Shown piece after piece: positions 48,562 to 50,015 of a stretch of 50,015 nt of DNA. The notes beneath the pieces were generated by a model. That model worked only from the letters and a program-made list of their open reading frames with translations. It had not been told where the DNA came from and made no database searches. Within the stretch, counting starts at the first letter, position 1. Each line of letters opens with the position of its first letter. Position numbers and translations under genes: made by a program. Origin of the DNA: a virus (lineage: Duplodnaviria; Heunggongvirae; Uroviricota; Caudoviricetes); the IMG/VR virus record IMGVR_UViG_2917403263_000001. One strand, written 5' to 3'.

Positions 48562-48777
48562 ATGGCACAAGTAATCTTTAATGAAGAGTGGATGGTTGAA
48601 TACGGCCTGATGCTTCGCACTGGTCTGGGGGCCAGACAAATTGAAGCATACCGCCAGAACTGTTGGGTGGAAGGCTTCCACTTCAAACGAGTATCTCCTT
48701 TAGGGAAGCCAGACAGTAAGCGAGGGATTATCTGGTACAACTATCCAAAGATAAATCAGTTTATCAAAGACTCATGA
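48562..48777 (+). CDS. xis: Excisionase
   Basis: 71 aa from [46 protein letters not shown]...; ends 1 nt before the int ATG. Confidence 0.75.
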   Translation: MAQVIFNEEWMVEYGLMLRTGLGARQIEAYRQNCWVEGFHFKRVSPLGKPDSKRGIIWYNYPKINQFIKDS

Positions 48778-48778
48778 T

Positions 48779-50015
48779 ATGTCTAAATTACCAACAGGTG
48801 TCGAGATTCGAGGTAAATACATTCGCATCTGGTTCATGTTTCGAGGAAAACGATGTCGGGAAACATTGAAAGGCTGGGAGGTTACTAACAGTAACATTAA
48901 AAAGGCCGGGAATTTAAGAGCATTGATAGTTCATGAAATCAACTCCGGTGAATTTGAGTATTTAAGACGTTTTCCCCAGTCCAGCACTGGGGCAAAAATG
49001 GTGACAACGAGGGTCATAAAAACGTTCGGGGAGCTTTGTGATATCTGGACAAAAATTAAAGAGACAGAGTTAACAACAAACACAATGAAGAAAACGAAAT
49101 CACAATTAAAAACAACTCAGGATAATAATTTGTGAGAGTACACATATATCACATATTCGTTATAGCGATATCTTAAACTACCGGAATGAACTGCTGCATG
49201 GAGAAACGCTTTACCTGGATAATCCAAGATCCAACAAAAAAGGAAGAACCGTGCGCACAGTTGATAACTATATCGCCCTGCTCTGTTCGTTGTTACGTTT
49301 TGCGTATCAGTCGGGATTTATATCAACCAAACCATTTGAAGGAGTAAAAAAATTACAGCGAAACAGAATAAAGCCTGATCCGTTATCTAAAACAGAATTC
49401 AATGCATTAATGGAAAGTGAAAAAGGACAGAGCCAGAACTTGTGGAAATTTGCCGTTTACTCCGGGCTTCGTCACGGGGAACTGGCTGCTCTGGCGTGGG
49501 AGGATGTGGATTTCGAGAAGGGAATTGTGAATGTCAGAAGAAACCTGACGATACTTGATATGTTCGGTCCCCCAAAAACAAATGCGGGGATCCGGACGGT
49601 AACACTACTACAGCCTGCTCTTGAAGCACTGAAGGAGCAATACAAACTGACCGGGCATCATCGCAAAAGCGAAATCACTTTTTATCATCGGGAGTACGGC
49701 AGAACCGAAAAGCAAAAACTGCATTTTGTTTTCATGCCCAGGATGTGTAACGGAAAACAGAAACCTTATTACTCGGTAAGCAGTTTGGGTGCGAGATGGA
49801 ATGCAGCTGTAAAACGTGCTGGTATTCGCCGCCGTAATCCGTACCATACGCGACATACTTTTGCCTGCTGGCTGTTGACGGCAGGAGCGAACCCGGCATT
49901 TATAGCCAGCCAGATGGGGCATGAAACTGCGCAGATGGTGTATGAAATTTACGGTATGTGGATTGATGACATGAACGACGAACAGGTAGCTATGTTGAAT
50001 GCGCGGTTATCGTAG
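48779..50015 (+). pseudogene. intR: Tyrosine integrase (IntR-like), interrupted by a +1 frameshift near 49108-49133
   Basis: The N-terminal 118-aa ORF stops at 49135. A second frame is open from 49110 (...LRIIICESTHISHIRYSDILNYRNELLHGE...) to 50015 and carries the catalytic R...HxxR...Y region (NPYHTRHTFACWLL...MGHETAQMVYEIY). Total about 411 codons. Confidence 0.85.

Overview
The whole 50,015-bp window is one enterobacterial (E. coli-type) lambdoid prophage; no host genes are visible. On the minus strand, from the right: cro/DicC-like, YdaT, replication (YdaU/DUF1376-like and lambda-P-like), an Ead/DUF551 block, hokD, an AT-rich accessory cassette, nin genes (DUF1367, YbcO-like), Q, tRNA-Thr and tRNA-Gly, a long non-coding late leader region, lysis genes, a ParB-like/GT-A-like pair, TerS/TerL, portal, MuF, scaffold, capsid, head-tail joining, tail tube, G/GT chaperones, an Ail-like OMP moron, tape measure, lambda-like M-L-K-I-J, lom, stf and tfa. 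On the plus strand at the right: a DicA-like repressor, ydaG/ydaF-like ORFs, small early genes, racC, recE, a RecT-family annealase, ralR (lar), ydaC, xis and intR. sieB is convergent to these on the minus strand. The phage is mosaic: Rac/Qin-like early arm, lambda-like tail tip, non-lambda head and packaging. Points most worth a second look: (1) an AT-rich moron bracketed by an identical 21-bp terminator hairpin. It carries an HTH-XRE/ImmA-IrrE (HEXXH) protein and an unannotatable 197-aa partner, which is RosmerTA-like toxin-antitoxin/defence architecture. (2) A translationally coupled pair between lysis and packaging: a ParB-like protein lacking the usual methyltransferase domain, plus a GT-A-like (DxD) protein. 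This is a candidate DNA-modification module. (3) Two diverged tandem copies of a roughly 0.5-kb non-coding module between the tRNAs and the holin. Hairpins show compensatory changes, and each copy carries a candidate antisense sRNA gene. (4) A second Ail/Lom-family OMP moron inside the tail operon. (5) At least seven apparent single-base insertions break stf (twice), M, GT, portal, racC and int. This means either a decaying prophage or assembly indel error. All homology calls rest on motif and sequence recognition by eye and on synteny; no searches were run.
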